NCBI RefSeq assembly: GCF_000400465.1
Contig: NW_008806280.1
Location: 300,001 to 362,000, forward strand
Direction of reading: 5' to 3'
Source of the DNA: Wallemia ichthyophaga EXF-994
Lineage: Eukaryota; Fungi; Basidiomycota
DNA: 62,000 nt
Part shown: in pieces, positions 13,716 through 25,929 of the stretch
Numbering within the stretch: position 1 is the first letter of the stretch
Layout: every line of letters begins with the position of its first letter
Notes under the pieces: model-generated
Seen by the model: only the letters and a program-made list of their open reading frames with translations
The model's database searches: none
Told to the model about the DNA's origin: nothing
Made by a program: the position numbers and the translations under genes

Positions 13716-16700
13716 ATGCTCAAGACGGGCTTGAATAACTTACTCAAAATGTCCACTGAGCAGCCAAAAGAAGCTACAAAATCTGCAAGTTAGTTGGGTA
13801 CTTTCATTTGGTAGATATTTCTTACAGAAATTACAGTCAAGAAGGCTCAAAAGGCTGCTGAATATGAAGCTAAGAAGGCTGCCAAACAACAGCAGCAAGC
13901 ACAAGCTCCAGCTCAAACACAATCTAAAAAGGAACGTTCAAAACCAGTCAAAGAAGCTGCTGCCGAAGAGGAATACATCAATAAAACTCCTCCTGGTGAG
14001 AAGAAGGACACTTCAAAACCTATGGCTAGCGGTTACAACCCTGTTGCGATTGAATCAGCTTGGTATGACTGGTGGGAGAAGAAAGGCTTCTTCAAGCCCT
14101 CCCTTGACTCTCAAGGAAATCCAAAGGGTGAAGTCTTCGTCGTTCCTGCTCCTCCACCAAACGTAACAGGCAGCCTGCACATCGGCCACGCACTCACAAT
14201 CTCCATTCAAGATGCCCTCGTCAGGTGGAACAGAATGCACGGCAAGACTGTCCTCTGGAATCCTGGCTACGACCACGCAGGTATTTCCACCCAATCCGTC
14301 GTTGAGAAACGTCTTTGGAAGCAGTCTGGTCAGACACGCCACGATCTAGGCAGAGAGAAGTTCCTCGGAAAAGTCTGGGACTGGAAGGAGGAATACCAGG
14401 TGCGCATCTCCAATCAGCTCAGAAGACTTGGTGCTTCTTATGATTGGGAGAGAGTTAGGTTTACAATGGACGATACTCTCTCCGCTGCTGTCATTGAAGC
14501 TTTCTGCCAGTTGCGCGAGAGAGGCACTATCTATCGCTCTAACAGACTCGTCAACTGGTGCGTAAGGATGAATACTGCCCTCTCCAACCTCGAATTAGAT
14601 ACAAAGGAGATTTCTGGCAGGACACTTATGAATGTTCCAGGATATGACGATAAGGAGAGATTTGAGTTTGGTGTACTCACCTCATTTGCTTATCAGGTTA
14701 AAGATTCTGATGAAAGAATCGTCGTGGCTACTACTCGTCCTGAAACTATGCTAGGTGATTCTGCAGTCGCTGTACACTCATCTGACGCACGCTGTAAACA
14801 CTTACACGGAAAAACACTGATTCATCCATTCGTCGACAGAGAAATTCCAATCATTACCGACGATATTTGTGTCGATCCAGAGTTCGGTACCGGTGCTGTT
14901 AAAATCACACCTGCACACGATTTCAACGATTATGAAGTGGGTAAGCGCCACAATCTGCCTTTCATAAACCTCCTCAATGATGATGGTACGTTTAACACTA
15001 ATGCCGGTGGTGACTTTAAGGGTATGAAGAGATTCCACGCTCGTAGAATCATAATAGATAAGCTCAAGGAGTTGGGCTTATATGTCGACACCAAAGATAA
15101 CGCAATGGTTATACCCATTTGCGCAAAGTCTGGAGATGTCATTGAACCGATTATGAAACCACAGTGGTATGTCAACTGCCAAGACATGTCTAGAGAAGCC
15201 ATCGAGAGGACAAAAGCTGGTGAGATGCACATACAACCAAAACACTCTGAAGCAGATTGGTACAGATGGTTGGAAAATCAACAAGACTGGTGTATCTCTA
15301 GACAACTGTGGTGGGGTCACAGATGTCCCGCTTACTTTGTCAACATTCACGGTGAGACGCAAGAATCGTCCGACGATAAGAATTGGGTGGTTGGTCGTTC
15401 ACTCGAACAAGCAAATGAGCGTGCTGAGAAAGTGGCTGGTGGTAAAGCATACACCCTTGAACAAGACGAAGACGTTCTCGACACGTGGTTCAGCTCCGGT
15501 TTATGGCCATTCTCTATCATGGGTTGGCCAAACAAAACGCAAGACCTCGTAAACTTCTACCCTAACTCACTCCTCGAGACTGGTTGGGATATCCTCTTCT
15601 TCTGGGTAGCGAGGATGGTCTTCTTTGGTATCTCACTAACTGGGCAGATGCCATTCAAGGAAGTTTTTACTCACGCCATGATCAGAGATGCGTACGGACG
15701 TAAGATGTCCAAGTCTCTTGGTAATGTGATTGACCCTGTTGATGTAATTGAAGGATGTCAATTGGAGACACTCCACCAGCAGCTCTACGAGAGCAACCTG
15801 GACGCGAAAGAAATTAAGAAGGCGCTGGATGGGCAGAAGAAGGATTATCCAAAGGGTATGCCACAATGCGGTACTGATGCGCTCAGATTCACGCTTTGTG
15901 CGTACACGGCATCTAACCGTGACATTAACCTGGAGATCAGCAAGGTAGAGGGAATGAGAAAGTTCTGCAACAAGTTGTTCAACGCTACTAAATTCGCCAT
16001 GTTGAAATTCCCACAAGGCTTCGTACCCGAGGAGAGTGCTCAACCAACAGGGAACGAGAGCTTGGTGGAGCGTTGGATACTGTCTAAGATGAACACATGC
16101 GCGGCTCAAATCAACAGCGATCTTGCCAACCGCAATTTCATGAGCGCTACTCAAGCTATTTACAACTACTGGCTGTATGAACTCTGTGATGTATTCATCG
16201 AGGCTGTCAAACCGCTTACTGGGGAAGATGTGGATGAGGTGACTAGGAGGAGTGCTCAGAACACCCTCTATTCCGCACTCGATGGAGGACTTAGAATGAT
16301 GCACGTCTTCATGCCTTATGTTACGGAGGAGCTGTGGCAATATCTCCCTCGCAGACCAAACGAGACTGCTGAGTCTATATCTTTGACGCAGTATCCAGTT
16401 GCCGTGAGTGGGGTATTTCATGGTATGCATCTGTACAATTGCTGACTGGATATCTCTTGCAGAACCCCGCATTCGAATTTGTCCAGGAAGCTAAGGACTT
16501 TGAGACATCATTCGGCGCGATCAAAGCAACCAGATCACTCGCAACGGCGTACAACGTACAGGGCAACAATATACAAGCATACATCGAGACGACCGCAGAG
16601 AAGGCGGCCATGTTCGAATCACAGCTGCCTATACTCAAGACGCTGATCAAGGGATGTAAAGTGCTGGAGGTGGTCACACACTCTAAAGACATACCTCTCG

Positions 16701-16972
16701 GTTGCGCCGTGCAGTCGATCAACGTCGACGCTAATCTTCACGTGCTCGTCAGGGGTCTGGTCGATATTGATGCGGAGATATCCAAATTGCAGAAGAAGGA
16801 GCACGTAGCTAGATTGACGCTCGAGAAAACAGTCAAGGCTACGCAAATTGACGGCTATCACACCAAGGTCGCCCCAGCTGTCCAGCAGACTAATCAGGAT
16901 AAGATTAACAACTACAATAAGGAAGTCGACGCCCTCGCTGCTGCCATGAAGACTTTCGCGTCATTGAAGTAG
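13716..16972 (+). CDS. VAS1: Valyl-tRNA synthetase (in-frame ATGs at 13716 and 13749)
   Basis: PPPNVTGSLHIGHA (HIGH), RKMSKSLGN, DPEFGTGAVKITPAHD. Introns near 13789 and 16405. Confidence 0.97.
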
Positions 16973-17179
16973 CCTCTTTGTATTAAATTACTGGCGCATA
17001 AATTTTCATTTTCATTTTCATTTTCGCGTGTGGGGGTGTGTAGCGGGAAGAGGTGATGGTTAGTTGAGGAAATGTGCGGTGATAGGAGAGCTATTGCAGC
17101 GTGAACAGCCTGCCGCCTGAGGAAAGAGGTGCTCAAACTCCGGACTTGATCCACCACGTTCATCACGACTAACCCAACC

Positions 17180-17606
17180 ATGTGAGTGGATATAGCGAAG
17201 CACTGACCGGAAACACAATGGCTTACATAGCTACAGGGTCTCTCCAGTCGCACCATATGTTCACGTAGGCAACGCACCACGCCCACAGCCACCCGTACAC
17301 AGGCTAACTGCTAATCACAACAGATGGCCAAAGCCTGGGCACCTTCTTTAGCCACTTGGGGCGTCGGTGTCGGCGCATTCGGCTCCTTCTTTTTATCACC
17401 AGTGCCAAAGGTGGGTTGAGCTGGAGTGTGCAGAGTGTGCGCAGTTTACTCACTGTACCCCAACAGTTCAAGCAAGACGTACTCCAAAAAGTACCTTTCG
17501 TTAGTAGCCACTCGAGCTTATTTACCTTGGCTGACTGCTACTCTTACTCGTTCAGATCGCTGGCTTCTACAACCAGGAAATCCCAGAAACTGACTTGGCT
17601 TTCTAA
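17180..17606 (+). CDS. QCR10: Cytochrome bc1 subunit Qcr10, 5 exons, start codon split AT|G; absent from the ORF track
   Basis: Spliced product MVSPVAPYVHMAKAWAPSLATWGVGVGAFGSFFLSPVPKFKQDVLQKVPFIAGFYNQEIPETDLAF; four GT-AG introns. Confidence 0.85.
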
Positions 17607-17914
17607 TTTATGTCTCCTTATACACTTGAAACTGTTTCATTTGTCTAGTTTGCCTGCTTTGTCTTATTTGAACTAAAGTCCTAACACGGGGATCTGTATA
17701 AACGCTTGCGATTCAATGGAATATACTAGCTAATACGGTATGCAACTACGTTTTTACAGGCACGCGTAAATCGTTGGTCTAGCTTTATTCTACCTCTAAT
17801 TAACACTGTATATTCACACAAACATCACATGCTCAGCAGCTGATCAGCAGCTCGTAGCGCCGGCAAGACCGACAGCGTCAAAATACTTATTCCTTAAGAG
17901 CCACCAAGTGAAAT

Positions 17915-18297
17915 ATGACAGGCGGTATCAGCAAAGTAAGCATGACTATCAACAACTTTGTTCAAGGCCCAACTGATTCCTCTAGGTAGACCAACAATGG
18001 GGCAAGACCGACAACAGATTGCCAGACCACTCCCACAGACAGCCAGGCGTTGCCTACGAAACAGGCCAAGCGCACTCACACAAGACTGGTGACTCCCACG
18101 ATCAGCAATCAATCGCAAACAAGCTCGCCGGTACTTCTCACTTAGAACAGGCAGAGCGCAAGGCTGAGAAGGAAGGCGGTAAGCCACCAACTGCTCCAGC
18201 CGTTTTCCACGGCAACGAACCCTCAAAGGGTGCCAAGGTCGATGAGGATCTCGGCAAGGAAGACGAGAAGGTCTTGCACAAGAAAGGCTTAGCTTAA
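17915..18297 (+). CDS. Small hydrophilic fungal protein of unknown function
   Basis: MTGGISK|VDQQWG...SIANKLA...PTAPAVFHGNEPSKGAKVD resembles a widespread uncharacterised fungal family (HGNEPSxGAKID motif, from recall). Confidence 0.75.
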
Positions 18298-19222
18298 ATG
18301 AATTTACGATGTTTAACGTCTCACGATGTTATTAATATAAATGTTTACTCAGTTCTCCTTGTTTCATTCTTGCCATCGTCACCTAACTGCTTAACAACTA
18401 CGCGTTCTTGCTTTATGTTGCAAACAATGAATAGAACAACGCACTTGAATATTGATAGCAACTCTGTTGACCATCAGGAGTTAACAAAGTCACTACTGAT
18501 CAAGTGTATTTCCCCTGCTGTGGTTCAATTAGTAATGTTTCATTGGAGTTTTGCCGCTTGTTATCTTATTCAAAGCCTTATAACATTATCCCAGCCTCGT
18601 GGATGAATAAAAAGGTATCAGTAGCCGACTTTCCCTCCATTTACTTGTGCAACCTCTTGAAAATGTCTCAAGCTACTATCAACCGGAAGTTTCCGAGTAG
18701 CGCTCCCAGAATCTTAAAAACCAGAAGTTAGAGGGGCTACGGACACATTTGAAGAAATAGATACCTTTCTTTTACTGGAGATTTCCGTATGGCCTTTGTA
18801 TCTCTATTTGTAACTTTTACCTTGTCTTGTTCTCTTCTTATACGTCAGATGATGCAGTTGCGAGAAGGCGTGGTAAGATTGCTAGTTGAGTAGCTTTCAC
18901 GTCAAACTATGACTGTATTTTCAGAATCTTATCCAATTTTGTTCATCATTGTGTTTAAACAAATCAATTAGCCGTGCATGGCGTAACTTAATTCGTCTGG
19001 TTGTTTACTCAAGGGCTAACGTTGTGAAACGGGAATTGATTTTTTGTGTCACCCTGAGTGCTGTAGTCTATTTAAGCGGTGCTAAAGTTTCCGCTTAGAC
19101 CATCAACAGATGTGAGTAGAAAACATTTGCGAAATTGAAAAATAGCAGCTCACTTTGCATAAGATGTAAGTGAACAGATTTCCAATCTTGCAAAATTACA
19201 TGCTAATCTCGCTCCTAGCACT

Positions 19223-19655
19223 ATGTTTACTGTGAAATTCATCCTCATCGCACTCGTCGGGCTTATTTCCAAAGTCGCGGCAATGACAATCGACACTCCC
19301 AGGAACGTCGTCCGCTGCGAGAATGTCACTCTCACTTTCGACGGCGGTGAACCTCCAGTATGTCTTTTGCGTGTCTCAGTTTCTACACACTCACACAAAC
19401 CAGTACTCTCTCGAAGTCACCAATGGTCTCAGAGCAGCCTTCCCAGTAGTTGTAGAAAAGATCAATGGCATTGAAAGCAGCCCATTCGAGTACAAGGTTA
19501 ATGGCTCCGAAGTGAGAATTGGCTTTATTCTCCATTCTGACGATGAGAAGACGGCATACTCAGGTGAATCAGGGTTTTGATGGTATTACGCTGACTTATT
19601 CAATTACACAGGCAACGTCATTATCGCAGAAAATGACGAGCTTACTTGTAAATAA
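19223..19655 (+). CDS. Small secreted protein with 2 Cys (basidiomycete TIxTPxNVVxC family)
   Basis: Signal peptide and three exons: TIDTPRNVVRCENVTLTFDGGEPP|YSLEV...AYSG|NVIIAENDELTCK*. No Ser/Thr-rich tail. Confidence 0.8.
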
Positions 19656-21459
19656 GTATTTTCGTGTGCTCAGTGTAACTTGTTTCGAGTTATTAATACA
19701 TCGGAACTTTCAATTTAGTAGGATGTGTAGGCTGTGTGACTCTTCAAACTGGAATCCGTGATCAATTGTTTTTGGTTGCGAAGACATCATTCCTTCTACG
19801 GTATTATGCGTGTCTGTTCAATGTGCTATCTGCACCAATTCAGTAAGTAGAAAGACTCAGACGGCTTTGGGACAGGTCGAGACAGGTTAAAATGCGAAAA
19901 TGAAGCTGATAGCATCTATACATAAGCTTAGCTGTTTTAGCAGGATTATTCCCTATTTCTCACCGATTCACAAAAGTAAAACACGTCATCTCCAAATCGA
20001 ATGGCAGGCATACTCAATGACATGTTCGTTACTGCACCGCAATTGCTGAAGTTGATATATTTGCAACATTCTGTAATAATTGGTTATGCAATAAATGTGT
20101 AAGTGGGGGTTTTAGAACATATCGTAGTGATATGCTCTGTACTAGTCCAGCTAGATTTAGCATGTTTCAAGGAAGGTAGAATGGTGTTTGAAACTATGAA
20201 TACCTTTTGTGATGCTTTTTGCGATTCCAACCCAGCCTCAATCACCTCCACAACCTCATAATTCAACATCTTGAAATGCACCAGGTGAAGTCAAAGTCAC
20301 TATTTCAGAGTAGGACTGACCCCCGTTACTTTACATGATACTTTGTATGAGTTCCATTTAATAGACGTGTAATTATCCAAAATAGCATTAATTTCCTGGA
20401 GCCATTATTAAGTCTATTAGACGCTAAGTGTTCCAAAAAAAAAAAGTAAATCGCGTTTATAGAGATTAATTATAAAATATCTTTAGGTGCACGTGGCCCC
20501 CAAGAATCATAATTGTTTGTTTTCACCACTAGAGATTGTGAATTGCTCCGTAATGATCCTGTAGCGTGCCTCAGAGTGATTTCAGACTATTGCTTCCAAG
20601 CAGCTCGCAGGGCGAGATTTCGAACTCCAAGAATCTAAATCTGACAAATTCACATTCCCATCAACCAGAGCTACCAATCAATATATTCTATTTGGAGATC
20701 ATCAAAAGTCGTAAATCAACAATTTGAGATGAAGTGAGTGGTAGTCGAGAATTCCAACTCAATGGAAATTGAGCGTATTGCTGAAATTAACGTAGACTTG
20801 AAGTGCTCAGAAATCCATCAAAATAACGGTTATGCTAGATTATTCATTTGTCGTTTACATCTTGGCTGTCTTCGCGCTCATTTAGCCATTTGCAAGATGA
20901 GCAGAGCAGCTTTAAGTCGATTAACCGATTTATATTGATACTGGTATGTACAAGTACAGGAATGAGAACGTGAATGACCTGTGGGTATCTCGTAAATTCT
21001 TTCTAAGATCATCGGTGATAAGCAGCCGAGTTGTAGATTGGGCTATCAGCGGGAGTGAGAAGAAAATAGACAGGGTAGATGTTGTGGGTGTTCCTAGTAG
21101 ATATATCAATGAAATTCGATTGTTCCTTGTACCTGCTCTGTCTACTTTCGCAACGAGTACTCCGACCTGAGGAACAAAAAGATCAGCTGTTGTGAGTCTA
21201 TCACTTGAAGGCTTGACACGACAGCAGGGATCACATCTCCCAATCCAACAACAGCACGATGATCGGCTTTTAGTAGCGAAAATTCTTTAACACCACAACT
21301 TCAACTAAAATGCAAAAATATAAGGCCATTGATATATGACATATATATATAAAGGAAAATGTACAAAAGAGATTTATAAGATGAGAGGAAGTGGAGATAT
21401 AATATAGGTATAACATAGCAGTAAATAAAGAGCCGAAATATCCAGGAAGCCGAAATACA

Positions 21460-24400
21460 CTAGCCCATAGTAATCTGCTTCTTCTGAGACTGTTTAGGCT
21501 GATTGAAATTTGAGCCTGGTCTCGACATTATGAGGGCCTGAGTTGAAGTCCTCTCTCTGACGACCTTGGCAATAGTCAAAAGCAGGTCTGATTTTTTCAG
21601 AGGCTTTGTGACATATTCGTCCATGCCAGCATTGATACATCTTTCTCTATCACCCATCATAGCGTGTGCAGTGAGGGCGATGATAGGAGTTCTCTCAAAC
21701 CCGGATTCTCGTTCGAGCTGTCGGATAACTGTTGTTGCCTCTATACCACCCATAACAGGCATGGAAACATCCATTAGAATCAAATCATAAGCTCTGTCTG
21801 TCGCAGCTCTGGATTTCAGTGCCTCGACTGCTAAAGCACCATTTCCGACAATTTCGCATTTATGACCAGATTGCTCAAGGTACTTGGTCGCCAGTTTCTG
21901 ATTGACCACGTTGTCCTCAGCTAGCAGTATGTCATAGTGTTCTTTAGGATCCGTGTCTGCTGACTGGAATGCGAGAGTTTCGAGGGCAGCAAGAAGGGCA
22001 TTACCTAGATCCTGCACATTCGTCGGTGTGGCAACATAAGACGTTATACCCATATCCAAGCACCACTTGAGGTTCAAACGCGGTATGAAAGGTGCGCATA
22101 GTATTATAGGTATGTACCTCAAATGATCGACTTCTCTGAGTCTTTCAGCCACTTGGAAAGAATCAACAACTACCGTGTCTATAATTGGGGCGTGCGGGTG
22201 TCTGATTGATGCTTCCTCTACGGATTGGACCTTGATCAAATGTACTCCAACCTCCTTGAAAACACTCTCGACTCCGGTTTGGTCCTTGTTGCAGTCAACA
22301 AAGAGCAAGCAACGATTCTGCACAGGTGCGAGCTTAGCTTTGATTGACGTTATTGGAAGGTGCTCGACTTGTAATAGCACGGTGAAGTAGAACTGAGAGC
22401 CTTGGTCGTATTTACTCTCAACCCACATTTCACCACCCATTAAGTTGACTAGACGCTTCGAAATCGATAAACCTAAACCTGTACCACCATATTTCTGACA
22501 GGGTTGTCAACGAATGTAGGAAAACGACAACTGACTCACTCTAGTTGTAGACCCATCAGCTTGTGCGAAAGTCTCGAAGATAACCTCCAGTTTATCAGAC
22601 TCAATACCGATACCCGTATCAGCTACGCAGAACTGCAACATTATAGCCCCTTCATTAACATTAGGGGGAACGTCGACCATCTCCACAGACAACGCGATAT
22701 AACCTTGCTGAGTGAATTTGACAGCGTTACCGATCAAATTAGTAATAATCTGCTTAACTCTGAGCGGATCACCGACGACTTGATCAGGGATGTGTGGCTC
22801 AATGTCATAAATCAAATCTAGCTTGTTTTGAGCTGCTTTAGTTGCCAATGTCTTGAGCACAGTGAATATTACCGATCTCAATGAGTACGGTACAGTCTCA
22901 ACAGACATTCTACCAGCTTCTATCTTTGATATATCAAGGATATCGTCAATGATAGCCAGCAGAGATGAAGCCAAGTTAGCAACGATCATCAAATTCTCTC
23001 GTTGAGTTCTCGTCAACTCAGTCTCTAGTGTCAAACCTGTTAGACCAATAATACCATTCATAGGAGTCCTGATTTCGTGCGAGGTATTGGCTAAGAATTC
23101 AGACTTGGATCTGTTTGCCAACTCTGCAGCTTCTCTAGCAGCTGTGTTTCTCTGAATACTCTCACGCAAGTTGTATACCATTTGATTAATCTTAGTCTTG
23201 AGACTGTCCATTTCACCAGAAGCCTCGACCGTAATAAATCGAGTGACATCACCACCAACGGCGGCGGCAGAGATTTGAGCGAAACCTCTGACTTGAGAGG
23301 TGAGGTTGGAAGCCATAGTATTGACAGATTGGGTAATTTCTTGCCATGTACCATCAACATTATCGACTTGAGCCTGTACACCCAATTTACCTTCGGTACC
23401 GACCTCTCTGGCGACTCTGGTGACTTCTGTAGCAAACACTGCCAATCTATCAATCATGGAGTTGATAGTCTGAACGAGTTCGTGGATTTCACCTGATGAT
23501 TGGATAGAAACCTTTTTCGCCAAATCACCTCGAGCTACTGCATTTGTTGCTTCAGCGATAGATCTGACTTGTAGGGTTAAGTTTGCAGCCATTGTGTTAA
23601 CACTGTCGGTAAGAGACTTCCAAGTACCGTCGACACCTTCAACTCTAGCCTGTCCACCCAATTTACCATCGGTACCGACCTCACGAGCGACTCTGGTTAC
23701 TTCATCGGAGAACGTTCTCAATGAACCAACCATACCATTAACCGTTTGTTTCAATTTGAGTATCTCACCCTTGACGTCAACATCAATCTTCTTTGACAAA
23801 TCACCCCTAGCAACAGCAGTAGTGACCTCTGCGATAGATCTGACTTGCGTTGTCAAGTTCAAAGCCATGTGATTAACAGATTCGGTCAACTGTCTCCAAG
23901 TTCCTTCAACATTTGGCACAACAGCTTGTCCACCGAGATTACCATCTGTACCGACCTCACGCGCCACACGTTCGACTTCTGCAGCGAATGTACGAAGTTG
24001 GGCAACCTGTAAAATGTGTGAGGAATGTAGATTCAGGGAAATACACCAACTCACCATGTTATTGACAGTTAATTTCAGTTCGAGAATTTCACCCTGGACA
24101 TCAACATCAACAGTCTTGGTAAGGTCACCTTTGGCAACTGATTTTGTGACTTGAGCGATCTCTCTTACTTGTGATGTAAGGTTTGCAGCCATCTTGTTGA
24201 CGTTGTGGGTTAGTTCCGCCCACGTACCTTCAACACCTTCGACAACAGCCTGTCCACCAAGTTTACCCTGTGTACCTACTTCGAGAGACACCCTAGAGAT
24301 CTCTCTAGCAAATATACGTAATTGACCAACCATACCATTGACGGTATCTTTAAGCAGGGCCATTTCACCTTCAGCCAAGATATTAATAGTCTGCGAAAGA

Positions 24401-25717
24401 TCACCGCGGGCGACAGCCGTTGTTACCGAACCAATAGATCTTACTTGATTGGTCAAGTTGGTACACATTCGATTGACGTTAATTGTCAAATCTTTCCATA
24501 CACCCTCGAGATCTTTATCTTCAGCTTGACCACCTAATTTACCTTGAGAACCGACTTCAAGAGAAACACGAGTGACTTCCGCCGCAAGATGATTCAACTG
24601 TACAACCATACCATTTATCGTCATTTTCAATTCGAGAATTTCACCATTGGCTTCAACTTCAATAGTTTTTGTTAGATCACCTTTAGCGACAGCCTTTGTA
24701 ACTTCAGCGATAGATCTGACCTGATTTGTAAGATTTGCAGCTAGACTGTTTACCGTATCTGTAAGTTCTCGCCAAGTCCCGTCAACACCTTCGACGACGG
24801 CCTGACCACCGAGTTTACCTTGGGAGCCGACTTCAAGGGAAACACGAGTAACTTCAGTAGCGAAAGTACGTAATCTGTCAACCATAGAATTGATAATATC
24901 CTTCAATTCGACCATAACATGACCTTGAACGGGAACAACGATTTTCTGAGACAAGTCACCATTAGCAACAGCCTTACAGACTCTTGCGACATCCTGTACC
25001 TGAGCCTTGAGTAATCTTAACTCCTCAGAGGGATCAATAGGGTTTTCGTGTGGATCGATGGGATTTGCGAGGAACATGAGTGGATTTGGAAGGGGTAAGT
25101 GAGCCAATTGAGATTTATCGAGAGTAACATTTTCATTATTTGAAGAAGCCGTTGAAAGAGCGTTGGCGGCAGCGCCAGCTAAGTCCGTGAGAGGGTTGTT
25201 AGGATCGAGGGGGAGAGGCTGAGGGCGAAGCTGCGGAGTCTGGTGTTCGTTTGAATCGGAAGGAGCTTTGTTTGAGTTTTCGCTTGTGTCTGAAGTGTGA
25301 GACGATGTAGTGTCCTTATCCTTGTCCTTGTTAGGATTCTGAGTTTGAGCCTGTACGGCTAAGAAGGCGGCAGAGATAGTTTCAGCTTTTCTCAAGCGCT
25401 CCGCTAGTCTTGAGATATGGTCCTCAATTGCACCCATAAGTTCATCCTGGAGTGGATAATCAGCGGAATTCCAAACAGAAAGCACAACGCACCTTCTGAG
25501 GGCCTTCCCAAGGATCGAATGACCACGGAGGGAGAGAAACATTTGACGGTAACTTGCCTGCTTTGATTGCGGGTGCGAGTGGAATGGGCGAAGGAGACGC
25601 AGATAGGCTATTGAGAACCGTGTGCAAATGGCCCAAGAACATGGCGGATTTGTTTGAGTAGCGCGAGTGGTTTGGCAGTGTACCTGCTGATGTCCCTGAC
25701 GACGGTTGCCTGTCCAT
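21460..25717 (-). CDS. NIK1: Group III poly-HAMP hybrid histidine kinase (Nik1/Os-1)
   Basis: Seven AVAxGDL-type HAMP repeat motifs, H-box [12 protein letters not shown] boxes, receiver [14 protein letters not shown]. Introns 25447-25492, 24007-24054 and about 22495-22542. Confidence 0.96.
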
Positions 25718-25929
25718 CGCAGTCGTTGGCTCAACTCGCAATTTCTTCGATGGCCTGTCTGTGGGAGATAAACTGGGCCTTAAATCCTGGCCTTGATTGT
25801 TGTTAAGTGACACTTTCTTTGGTTTTAAAGGGAGACTCGTTTCCGCTCTCCCGATGTTCAGTGTTTAGATTGAGCCGACTGAGATAAACAACAAAGTTGG
25901 ATCAAATTACAAAACTTTTTTTTATTCTT

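Noticed and set aside
17053-17121. GTGATGG...CTGA resembling a C/D snoRNA
   Set aside because: No terminal stem, host intron or recognisable rRNA complement; more likely the QCR10 promoter.
23250-25000. Periodic repeats of about 276 nt that might suggest an array
   Set aside because: They are the coding HAMP repeats of Nik1, diverged at synonymous sites, with no spacer structure. Not CRISPR.
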